DNA of 35,024 nucleotides, from positions 1 through 35,024 of the forward strand of contig CAWVTK010000003.1 in the NCBI GenBank assembly GCA_963933205.1, in the 5' to 3' direction. Position 1 is the first letter of the stretch; each line of letters opens with the position of its first letter. Below the pieces are notes generated by a model. The model was not told the origin of the DNA. It made no database searches and saw nothing but the letters and a program-made list of their open reading frames with translations. This document shows positions 1-8,409 of the stretch, piece by piece. The DNA is from an uncultured Flavobacteriales bacterium. Lineage in GTDB: Bacteria > Bacteroidota > Bacteroidia > Flavobacteriales > UBA7430. The position numbers and the translations under genes are program-made.

Positions 1-81
1 ACGCATCATCAAAAACAATACCAAAGAGGAGTTTAGCCATAAACTATATGAAAAATAGTTGGACTGTTCGGTGAAAAAAAT

Positions 82-89
82 TAAATTTG
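82..89 (+). promoter_or_regulatory. Bacteroidota housekeeping-sigma -7 element (TAAATTTG) for asnS-rpoN
   Basis: Matches TAnnTTTG, 31 nt upstream of the asnS ATG. Confidence 0.6.
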
Positions 90-120
90 CTAAATAACCT
101 ACGATTTTATCAAGAAGAAA

Positions 121-1560
121 ATGAAAAGGATTACTATAAAAAAAGCCTTGGCTTTAGAAGCGAATGATGAGTTGGTTAACCTAAAAGGTTGGATCAGAAC
201 AAAAAGAGGAAGTAAAAACGTTACGTTTATTGCCCTAAATGACGGTTCTACAATTAATAATATTCAGGTCGTAGCTGAATCTCAAATTTCAGAGGAGCTA
301 TTAAAAAATTGCAATACAGGGGCTAGTATTTCTGTTGTTGGTAAGCTAGTTCAGTCTCAAGGTTCAGGTCAGTCTACAGAAGTTCAAGCTACTTCAATCG
401 AACTTATTGGTTTGGCAGATCCCGATGAATATCCACTTCAGCCAAAAAAGCACTCTTTAGAGTTTTTAAGAGAAAATGCTCATTTGAGATTTAGAACCAA
501 CACTTTTAGTGCTGTATTTAGAATTAGGCATGCCATGAGCTTTGCAGTACATAACTTTTTTAATGCACGCGGTTTTGCAAACATACATACGCCCATAATA
601 ACTGGATCTGATTGCGAGGGTGCAGGAGAAATGTTTGCAGTAAGTACCCTAGATAAAAAAAACACGCCTTTAACAGAAAGCGGCGAAATCGATTATTCGC
701 AAGATTTTTTTGGAAAAGAAACCAACCTAACTGTTTCTGGACAATTGGAAGCCGAAATGGCCGCATTAGCACTTGGTAAAGTATATACATTTGGTCCAAC
801 TTTTAGAGCAGAAAACTCTAATACTTCAAGGCACTTAGCAGAGTTTTGGATGATAGAGCCCGAAGTGGCTTTTGCAGATCTGGATGAGGATATGGATTTG
901 GCTGAAGAAATGTTACAGTATTTATGTGCCTATGCTTTAGAGCATTGTAAAGACGATTTAGCCTTTTTAGACAATCGGTTAACCGAAGAAGAGAAGAATA
1001 AAAAGAAAGAGGAACGACAAGAACTCAGCTTGATTGACAAATTACAATTCGTAGTCGAAAACGATTTTGAGCGTATAACTTATACAGAGGCTTTTGACAT
1101 TCTACGAAATTCTAAACCCAACAAAAAGAAAAAATTCCACTACTTAATTGAAGAATGGGGCGCAGACTTTCAATCCGAACACGAACGATACCTTGTAGAA
1201 AAGAAGTTTAAAAAACCGGTTATAATTACCGACTATCCTAAAGATATTAAAGCATTTTACATGCGAATGAATGAAGACGGTAAAACAGTTCGAGCAATGG
1301 ATGTTCTTTTTCCTGGTATAGGAGAAATAATTGGAGGCTCTCAAAGAGAGGAGCGTTTAGATATGCTCAAATCCAGAATGGCAGCAATGGATATTCCAGA
1401 ACAGGAACTCTCTTGGTATCTTGATTCTAGAAAGTTTGGGTCCGTACCTCACAGCGGCTTTGGTTTAGGCTTTGAACGTCTTATTTTATTTGTTACAGGC
1501 ATGGGCAACATACGAGATGTGATACCATTCCCTAGAACACCAAATAATGCAGATTTTTAA
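121..1560 (+). CDS. asnS: Asparagine--tRNA ligase
   Basis: N-terminal OB fold (GWIRTKR...F+ALNDGS), class II motifs [21 protein letters not shown] and [10 protein letters not shown]-terminal [11 protein letters not shown]. Confidence 0.97.
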   Translation: MKRITIKKALALEANDELVNLKGWIRTKRGSKNVTFIALNDGSTINNIQVVAESQISEELLKNCNTGASISVVGKLVQSQGSGQSTEVQATSIELIGLADPDEYPLQPKKHSLEFLRENAHLRFRTNTFSAVFRIRHAMSFAVHNFFNARGFANIHTPIITGSDCEGAGEMFAVSTLDKKNTPLTESGEIDYSQDFFGKETNLTVSGQLEAEMAALALGKVYTFGPTFRAENSNTSRHLAEFWMIEPEVAFADLDEDMDLAEEMLQYLCAYALEHCKDDLAFLDNRLTEEEKNKKKEERQELSLIDKLQFVVENDFERITYTEAFDILRNSKPNKKKKFHYLIEEWGADFQSEHERYLVEKKFKKPVIITDYPKDIKAFYMRMNEDGKTVRAMDVLFPGIGEIIGGSQREERLDMLKSRMAAMDIPEQELSWYLDSRKFGSVPHSGFGLGFERLILFVTGMGNIRDVIPFPRTPNNADF

Positions 1561-1566
1561 CATTAT

Positions 1567-3015
1567 ATGTTAAAACAGTCTCTACATCAAAAATTATCTC
1601 AAAAACTTTCTCCTCAGCAGATTAAGTTGATGAAGCTTATACAGCTTCCAACCATCGAGCTTGAGCAAAAAGTACAAGAGGAAATAGAGGCTAACCCAGC
1701 TATAGAAGAAGGTGTAGATGAGGTCGAAACACCAGATTTTGAAGACTACGAAGACCGAGATTCACAACAAATTTCTGCAGACGAAATTAATGTAGATGAA
1801 TACTTGAGTGACGATGAAATACCTCGTTATAGGTTGGTAGCTAACAATACCAGTCCTGACCAAGAAGATAAATCGATTCCTATTGCAATGGGTGTAAGTT
1901 CTACACAATTGCTAGAAAAACAATTGGCTTTAAGAAGTTTGAGCGATCACCTATACCAAATTGGGGTTTATCTAATTGGTTGCGTAAACGATAACGGATT
2001 TATAAGAAGAGATTTAAATCTCATTATGGACGATATCGTGTTTACCCAAAACATTACAACCAACCTTAGCGAGCTTGAATATGTTCTCAAAGTGATTCAA
2101 GACTTTGAACCAATTGGTGTAGGTGCGCGCGATTTACAAGAAACAATGTTAATACAACTCAACAAAAAACAGGTAAATGAGGTTGTATTAGTTTCAAGAG
2201 AAATTGTAAAGAACCACTTCAATGCATTATCAAAGAAGCATTACACCAAATTATTAAGCAGACTGGCCCTAAGTGAAGAGCTTTTAAAAAGAGCTTTAAA
2301 AGAGATAAGTAAATTAAACCCCAAGCCAGGGTCTGCCTTATTTACCTCTAGTAAAATTGTACAACACATAATACCCGATTTTAGAATTTCTATTATTGAT
2401 GGGGAGCTAGATTTAGTGATGAATACTGGGATGATTCCAGAACTTAGAATTAACAATGGGTTCAAAGACCTGCTTCAAGGTTATAAAGAGACGAAAGGCA
2501 AGCAAGATAAATCTCAAAAAGAGGCTGTTATTTTTGTGAAACAGAAATTAGACTCTGCCAAATGGTTTATTGACGCCATCCGTCAAAGACACAGAACCTT
2601 AATGTTTACAATGACGTCGATTATGCACTTTCAGCAAGAGTTTTTTCTAACCGGCGATGAGAAGTCTTTAAAACCTATGATTTTAAAAGATATAGCTGAA
2701 AAAGTAGAAATGGATATTTCGACCGTTTCGAGAGTGGCAAACAGCAAATATGTAGACACGCCTTACGGAACTTTTTTAATCAAATACTTTTTTTCGGAGT
2801 CAATGAAAAATGACCAAGGTGAAGACGTTTCTACCAAAGAGATAAAAATGATTTTAGAAGAAGTAATAGGAGAAGAAAGTAAATCAAAACCGTTAACAGA
2901 TGCAAAGTTAATGGACATGCTTTTAGAAAAAGGATACCCCATTGCCAGAAGAACTGTTGCAAAGTATAGAGAGCAATTAAATATTCCAGTAGCACGTTTA
3001 AGAAAAGAGATGTAG
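1567..3015 (+). CDS. rpoN: RNA polymerase sigma-54 factor
   Basis: Q/L-rich region I, HTH (DISTVSRV), RpoN box ARRTVAKYRE. Confidence 0.97.
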   Translation: MLKQSLHQKLSQKLSPQQIKLMKLIQLPTIELEQKVQEEIEANPAIEEGVDEVETPDFEDYEDRDSQQISADEINVDEYLSDDEIPRYRLVANNTSPDQEDKSIPIAMGVSSTQLLEKQLALRSLSDHLYQIGVYLIGCVNDNGFIRRDLNLIMDDIVFTQNITTNLSELEYVLKVIQDFEPIGVGARDLQETMLIQLNKKQVNEVVLVSREIVKNHFNALSKKHYTKLLSRLALSEELLKRALKEISKLNPKPGSALFTSSKIVQHIIPDFRISIIDGELDLVMNTGMIPELRINNGFKDLLQGYKETKGKQDKSQKEAVIFVKQKLDSAKWFIDAIRQRHRTLMFTMTSIMHFQQEFFLTGDEKSLKPMILKDIAEKVEMDISTVSRVANSKYVDTPYGTFLIKYFFSESMKNDQGEDVSTKEIKMILEEVIGEESKSKPLTDAKLMDMLLEKGYPIARRTVAKYREQLNIPVARLRKEM

Positions 3016-3034
3016 ATTATTAAATATATAATTG

Positions 3035-3042
3035 TATATTTG
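3035..3042 (+). promoter_or_regulatory. -7 element (TATATTTG) for the ArsR gene
   Basis: Matches TAnnTTTG, 26 nt before ATG 3069. Confidence 0.55.
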
Positions 3043-3068
3043 TAGTCTATCTTTAAATTTCCCTCGAT

Positions 3069-3365
3069 ATGACTACTACAGAACTCAACCTAAATTCTGA
3101 AGAGTTGCAAACTGCAGCTTCAAAACTTAAAGTTTTGGGACACCCAATAAGAATATCTATTATTCAGTTATTGGCGAAGACTCCTAAACTTTGCGTAACT
3201 CAAATCTTTACAGCTTTAAATATTGAGCAAGCAATTGCTTCTCATCATTTAAACACGCTAAAAAACAAAAGCATTCTCAACTCCGAAAGAGTTGGTAAAA
3301 ACTCTTTTTACTCAGTTACTAATAAGAGTTTAATCGATGTGGTTAATAACATACAAATCTGTTAG
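3069..3365 (+). CDS. ArsR/SmtB family transcriptional regulator
   Basis: 98 aa; LKVLGHPIRISII, QAIASHHLNTLK and RVGKNSFYS winged-helix pattern. Confidence 0.85.
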   Translation: MTTTELNLNSEELQTAASKLKVLGHPIRISIIQLLAKTPKLCVTQIFTALNIEQAIASHHLNTLKNKSILNSERVGKNSFYSVTNKSLIDVVNNIQIC

Positions 3366-3406
3366 TAAACTGCAGTTATTTTTTTAATTCTTAACATAGG
3401 TTTGTT

Positions 3407-3423
3407 TTGGCATATTTTTAGCT
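3407..3423 (+). promoter_or_regulatory. Putative sigma54 -24/-12 promoter TTGGCATATTTTTAGCT
   Basis: GG 3409-3410 and GC 3421-3422 are separated by exactly 10 nt, with a TGGCA core; 33 nt before the peptidase ATG. Confidence 0.6.
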
Positions 3424-3431
3424 AACTAAGC

Positions 3432-3451
3432 AATAAATAAATAAATAAATA
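3432..3451 (+). repeat. (AATA)5 tetranucleotide tandem repeat just upstream of the C25 peptidase start
   Basis: caataaataaataaataaataaacctATG. Confidence 0.8.
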
Positions 3452-3456
3452 AACCT

Positions 3457-6400
3457 ATGTTAAGAATTCTACAAATTACAATTTGTTTTTTTGCCCTTAA
3501 TCTGTCAGCACAAAGCTCCCACATTAAGACTATTTCTAGTAATGTAAATAGTCTTCATTTAAAGTTTATTACGGGGAAACTTCAATTTGACCAGATTAGC
3601 GCAGACACAAAAGACTTTACGCACATTTCTGCTGCTGGATTAACCAAATCATACGATATTGGGAATCCAGATTTACCTGTTTACAGTAAACTAATAGAAG
3701 TTCCAACAAATGGAGCTATCTCTGTTGAGATACTAAACTCTTCAGAAAAGCGCACCGACTTAGCAGCTCTTGGATTTCATCAAGAGGTTTTACCTTCTCA
3801 ACATTCTGTATTTAAAAATCAGGACCCTACAAAAGTCCCTTTTCAGTACAATGAAAGTACATATTTAAGCAATAATTTTTATTCTCAAAACTTAGTTACA
3901 ATTGAGCGAGTTGGAGTTATGCGTGGTAAATCTATTGCAAGAATTCAAATTGCACCACTCTCCTACAATCCACTAACCAACGAGTTACTAGCTAAAAAAG
4001 AGGTAGAGTTAAAAGTGAATTTTGAAAACTCAATTACAATTACCCCACAGGCATTACGAACACAAGATTTTGACGTAAATTTTTCAAAACTATTGAATAA
4101 AGATTTAGGTCAGAAGCAAGCTTTTTCTTCAAACACCACTCGTATGATAATTTTATCAGACCCAGAATTTGAAGAAGATTTACAACCTTTTATCCAGTGG
4201 AAAATTAGAAAAGGATTTGATGTAATTGAAGCTTACAAAGGACAAGCAGAAGTAGGAGAAACCAAAGAGAGCATGAAATCTTATGTGCAATCTTTTTACG
4301 ACAATGCAACAGAAGAAAACCCGGCCCCTACTTACTTGCTTATTGTAGGCGACCATGAACAAATACCAAGTTTTGATGCAGGTAACCATGTCTCAGATAT
4401 GTTTTATTGCGAATTTGATGGGAATGGAGATTACCTACCAGAAATGATCTTTGGTCGATTCTCAGCTTCTACCAGAAGCGAACTAGAAATTCAAATTAAT
4501 AAAACCTTACAATACGAACAGTTTACAATGACCGACCCAAGTTATCTTGAAGAAGTTCTTCTTGTAGCCGGTGTTGACGGTAACTTTGCACCCACCCATG
4601 GAAATGGACAAATTAATTATGGAACAGATTACTATTTCAATGCGGCTCATAATCTAACATCCTATGTGTATTTATATCCCGAAACAGAATCTAATGCAGT
4701 AGAAAATGCAATTATAGAGCATGTAAGTGATGGAGTTGGTTTTGCAAATTACACAGCGCACTGTGGCCCCGGTGGTTGGTCAGATCCAAGTTTTGAAGTT
4801 TCTGATGTTGCTGGATTAACAAACGAAGATCAATATGGTTTAATGGTAGGGAACTGCTGTCAATCCAATACATTTAACGGAGTTACCTGCTTCGGCGAAG
4901 CTCTGTTGAGAAAGTCTAAAGGAGGCGCTGTTGGTTACATCGGTGGCTCGGACAATACACTGTGGGATGAAGATTATTATTGGAGTGTTGGAGCAGGTCC
5001 AATTTCTGCAAACCCGAATTACCAGGAAACAGGCTTAGCTATTTACGATTGTAGTTTTCACGAAAACAACGAACAATCAGACGACTGGTCTATAACACAA
5101 GGTCAATTGTTCCAGTCAGGAAACTGGGCTGTCTCAGAATCGGCTAGTAGTCAAGCCGAATATTACTGGGAAATTTACCATTTAATGGGAGATCCTTCTG
5201 TACTCACTTATTACGGAATGCCATCTGATCTTATGGTGTCTCATCCTTCAGCTTTATCCGTTGGAATGTCTTCCATATCTGTATCTACTGAACAATACAC
5301 TTACGTAGCCATAAGTCAGAATGGAGTTCTTTTGGACGCATCTTACACCGACGAAACTGGAAACATCGTTTTGTCTTTTGAGCCTATTAGTACCATGAGC
5401 CCATTAGAGATTGTGGCTACCAAACACAACAAAAAAGTATACATTGGAATCGTAAACACGATGAGTTCCGATGCACCCTATGTGACTTGCTCTTCTATAT
5501 CTTTAAATGAAGGTGAACTTGGAGACATTGAGGCAGCGATAAACCAAACATTCGTTTTAGATATGAGCCTCCAAAATTACGGTTCTGTTGATGCTACTGG
5601 ATTGACTATTGATGTTACTACATCAAATCCAAATGTAACTATTAGTTACAGCGAGCTTCTACTAGCATCCATATCTGCTCAATCTGTTATAAATATGAAT
5701 GGTTTAGTTACCGTTGAATTAAATAATAATTTTGCCGATCAAGAACTTGTGAATTTAATATTTACGATAACAGACGCAGAAGGTTCACAATGGTTTACAA
5801 ACAATAGTTTTCTGGTAAATGCACCCGAATTAGAATTTAGTTCTCATTCACTTTCAAATTCTAACTCCACAATAGCGCTTGGCGAAACCGTTGAGATTAC
5901 ATTTATTTTAAATAACATAGGGCACGCTACATCCACAAACGGTAGTGTAGTTGTTTCTTCTGATTTACCTGAATTGAGTATTAATCAAAACAATCTCTTG
6001 TTCAGTTCAATAGGAGCTAGTTTGCAGGCTTTAGTAACTGTGCCGGTAACCCTAAATCCTGATGCTCCTTTGGGAGAAACATATTCGATATCTTTGACGG
6101 CTCTTTCTGATGCCGGGTTATCAACTAATTATACAGCAACTTTTACCACACCTAATTGCCCGACTGAAAGCTCAGAAGTTCAAATAAATTTAGTTACCGA
6201 TTATTACCCAAACGAAACTTCTTGGGTTCTATTAAACTCAGATGGTGAAACAATTGGCCAGGTCGGTTCAGACGAGTTAGAATCAGGTCAATCCTACACA
6301 GATATATTTTGTGTAAATATGAATACGTACTACACGTTTGAAATCCAAGATGATTTTGGCGATGGATTATTATCCGGGGGTTACAGTATAGTAATATGTG

Positions 6401-6816
6401 GTGAAACCATTGCTTCTGGGGCCCAGTTTGGAGATGGAGAGACCATTAACTTTATTTCGGGTTGCGATCAAACTTTAGCGGTTGGGTGTACGGATCCACT
6501 TTACACAAATTACAGCATCGATGCAGTTGTAGATGACGGATCATGCGAATCGCTTATTATAGGTTTAACAGAGCTAGAAAACCGCATTCGCATTTACCCA
6601 AACCCTGCTAAAAGCAAGCTTAATATTCAACTCGGATCTTTAGAGGTAGCATCTATCTCTATATATCAAATGGAAGGAAAACAAATACGAGAATATACTG
6701 ATTTGGCAGATGCAGAACTAGAAATTAATATTTCGGACCTCGATGCAGGCTTTTACCATATCAAAGTCAAACTACAAAGTGGTCAAACCATTAGTAAGTC
6801 TATTATTGTGATGTAA
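3457..6816 (+). CDS. C25 family (gingipain, Kgp-like) cysteine peptidase with propeptide, Ig-like domains and T9SS type A C-terminal sorting domain
   Basis: Signal peptide; propeptide GNPDLP; YLLIVGD; catalytic NYTAHC and GNCCQS; EDYYWSVG; YHLMGDPS; GCTDP...DDGSC motif; CTD IYPNPA...GFYHIKV. Confidence 0.88.
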   Translation: MLRILQITICFFALNLSAQSSHIKTISSNVNSLHLKFITGKLQFDQISADTKDFTHISAAGLTKSYDIGNPDLPVYSKLIEVPTNGAISVEILNSSEKRTDLAALGFHQEVLPSQHSVFKNQDPTKVPFQYNESTYLSNNFYSQNLVTIERVGVMRGKSIARIQIAPLSYNPLTNELLAKKEVELKVNFENSITITPQALRTQDFDVNFSKLLNKDLGQKQAFSSNTTRMIILSDPEFEEDLQPFIQWKIRKGFDVIEAYKGQAEVGETKESMKSYVQSFYDNATEENPAPTYLLIVGDHEQIPSFDAGNHVSDMFYCEFDGNGDYLPEMIFGRFSASTRSELEIQINKTLQYEQFTMTDPSYLEEVLLVAGVDGNFAPTHGNGQINYGTDYYFNAAHNLTSYVYLYPETESNAVENAIIEHVSDGVGFANYTAHCGPGGWSDPSFEVSDVAGLTNEDQYGLMVGNCCQSNTFNGVTCFGEALLRKSKGGAVGYIGGSDNTLWDEDYYWSVGAGPISANPNYQETGLAIYDCSFHENNEQSDDWSITQGQLFQSGNWAVSESASSQAEYYWEIYHLMGDPSVLTYYGMPSDLMVSHPSALSVGMSSISVSTEQYTYVAISQNGVLLDASYTDETGNIVLSFEPISTMSPLEIVATKHNKKVYIGIVNTMSSDAPYVTCSSISLNEGELGDIEAAINQTFVLDMSLQNYGSVDATGLTIDVTTSNPNVTISYSELLLASISAQSVINMNGLVTVELNNNFADQELVNLIFTITDAEGSQWFTNNSFLVNAPELEFSSHSLSNSNSTIALGETVEITFILNNIGHATSTNGSVVVSSDLPELSINQNNLLFSSIGASLQALVTVPVTLNPDAPLGETYSISLTALSDAGLSTNYTATFTTPNCPTESSEVQINLVTDYYPNETSWVLLNSDGETIGQVGSDELESGQSYTDIFCVNMNTYYTFEIQDDFGDGLLSGGYSIVICGETIASGAQFGDGETINFISGCDQTLAVGCTDPLYTNYSIDAVVDDGSCESLIIGLTELENRIRIYPNPAKSKLNIQLGSLEVASISIYQMEGKQIREYTDLADAELEINISDLDAGFYHIKVKLQSGQTISKSIIVM

Positions 6817-6832
6817 AACCTATTGTTACTAG

Positions 6833-6862
6833 AAAAAAAAGCCGCTATTGCGGCTTTTTTTT
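6833..6862. terminator. Bidirectional intrinsic terminator
   Basis: A8-GCCGC-TATT-GCGGC-T8, just after the peptidase stop. Confidence 0.9.
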
Positions 6863-6870
6863 GTTTAGTA

Positions 6871-6937
6871 TTAACCATAACTTAACACTCTTTTAAGAAA
6901 CGATTAACCTTACATATACTTTGCATACATATATTTG
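6871..6937 (+). promoter_or_regulatory. Pho-box-like array (4 half-sites, 11-bp period) plus -7 element
   Basis: TTAACC 6871, TTAACA 6882, TTAAGA 6893, TTAACC 6904; TATATTTG 6930-6937. Confidence 0.75.
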
Positions 6938-6957
6938 CGGCAACAAAAAGAAAGAAA

Positions 6958-8178
6958 ATGAAAAAGTGGAATTTAGTATTTATACTGTTTAGCATTGCGG
7001 TAAATATCTTTGCACAAGAAGTTGTAAATAATAGTTTTGGAAACGGCTTTTACAATGTTATTGCTGCCGATAGTTCCTATAGCATGAAACTAGCTGCAAG
7101 AATGCAATCCCTATACATAGCAGATTGGGATGTTGACGAATCCGATGGTTTACACAACGGAAATTCACAATTTTTGATTAGAAGAGCACGATTGAAGTTT
7201 GGAGGTTTTGTTTTAAACCCTAAAGTAAAATACAAGATCGAACTAGGATTGTCTAACAAAGATTTAGGAAAAGTAGACGGCAGAAATAATGAAGCCCCAA
7301 AAATGATTTTGGATGCAGTTGTAAAATGGAATTTTTATAAAAACTTCACCTTGTGGGCAGGACAAACTAAGCTCCCAGGAAATAGAGAACGTGTAATCTC
7401 TTCTGCAAATTTACAATTGGTAGATCGATCTCTGGTTAATAAAAGATTTAATATTGACCGTGACATGGGTATTCAACTTCGCCATCACTTTAAATTAGGA
7501 AAGAACTTTATTGTACAAGAATCTATTGCTATATCTCAAGGAGAAGGCCGAAACGTTGTACAAGACAACTTAGGTGGATATCAATGGACGGGTAGAATAG
7601 AGGTTTTGCCATTTGGTGCGTTTTTAGGAAAAGGCGATTATACAGGTGGAGCTTTAAAAAGAGAACAAAAGCCTAAACTAGCTATCGGTATTACTTACGA
7701 TCTTAATAATGCTGTAAAAGACCGTTCTAACTTAGGGAATTATATGCTCATTGACCTTGATGCTGGCTTTGAAGAAACCTACCACCAAACAAATGTAAAC
7801 ACAGTTTTTGTTGATGCAATGTATAAGTATCAAGGATTTTCTCTTATGGCAGAATATGCCTCTAGAGAAGCAGATAACCCAATCGCAAGAAACTCAGACG
7901 GTACTCCAACCGAAAATGTTGTTCAGGTTGGAAATGGATTGAATGTTATGTCTGGCTATTTATTAAAGAATAATTTTGAGGTAACAGGACGGTATACCTC
8001 CATTAAATTGAATAAGAATATAACCGGAAAAGACTTAGAAAGACAATACACATTAGGGCTTTCTAAATATTTTAAAGGACATAAATTGAAAATCCAATCT
8101 GACATCAGTTACTTAACTATTGAAAACAATCCTACTGGTAAATTGATGTACAGACTTCAATTTGATGTACACTTTTAA
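6958..8178 (+). CDS. Outer-membrane porin, phosphate-selective porin O/P-like
   Basis: Signal peptide; basic ladder FLIRRARLKF; ILDA and GQTKLP..RE segments; DRDMG; amphipathic strands ending RLQFDVHF (terminal Phe). Confidence 0.75.
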   Translation: MKKWNLVFILFSIAVNIFAQEVVNNSFGNGFYNVIAADSSYSMKLAARMQSLYIADWDVDESDGLHNGNSQFLIRRARLKFGGFVLNPKVKYKIELGLSNKDLGKVDGRNNEAPKMILDAVVKWNFYKNFTLWAGQTKLPGNRERVISSANLQLVDRSLVNKRFNIDRDMGIQLRHHFKLGKNFIVQESIAISQGEGRNVVQDNLGGYQWTGRIEVLPFGAFLGKGDYTGGALKREQKPKLAIGITYDLNNAVKDRSNLGNYMLIDLDAGFEETYHQTNVNTVFVDAMYKYQGFSLMAEYASREADNPIARNSDGTPTENVVQVGNGLNVMSGYLLKNNFEVTGRYTSIKLNKNITGKDLERQYTLGLSKYFKGHKLKIQSDISYLTIENNPTGKLMYRLQFDVHF

Positions 8179-8203
8179 GTAAATACTATTTAATTCTCAT
8201 CTC

Positions 8204-8238
8204 AAAACGGAAATTCTAATTTAGAATTTCCGTTTTTG
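8204..8238 (+). terminator. Intrinsic terminator after the porin gene
   Basis: Perfect 16-bp inverted repeat AAAACGGAAATTCTAA-T-TTAGAATTTCCGTTTT with U-rich tail. Confidence 0.85.
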
Positions 8239-8305
8239 TTTTAGCGCTATTATAATTTGAGCTATATATTGATGTTTAAACCTTAGTTAATCATAGTATT
8301 ACTTC

Positions 8306-8313
8306 TATATTTG
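8306..8313 (+). promoter_or_regulatory. -7 element (TATATTTG) for SulP
   Basis: Matches TAnnTTTG; overlaps the ORF-track TTG start at 8311, which argues for ATG 8410 as the real start. Confidence 0.45.
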
Positions 8314-8409
8314 GTTAAATTATTAGTATTGATAAATATACGATTTATTAAATATCTACTTTTATGTAGACTCTTAGTATTAAATGAATTTAACATAAAA
8401 AGAATAAAA

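Noticed and set aside
1-58. Possible gene end on + (RIIKNNTKEEFSHKLYEK*) or gene start on - (MAKLLFGIVFDDA from 40)
   Set aside because: Too short to choose a strand or assign a function
3391-3396. Single TTAACA upstream of the C25 peptidase (another at 24689 and one at 8390)
   Set aside because: No partner half-site at an 11-bp offset; expected by chance in AT-rich DNA
8311-8409. ORF-track N-terminal extension of SulP
   Set aside because: AT-rich, overlaps a -7 element, and SulP similarity begins at MKKVFNF (8410)
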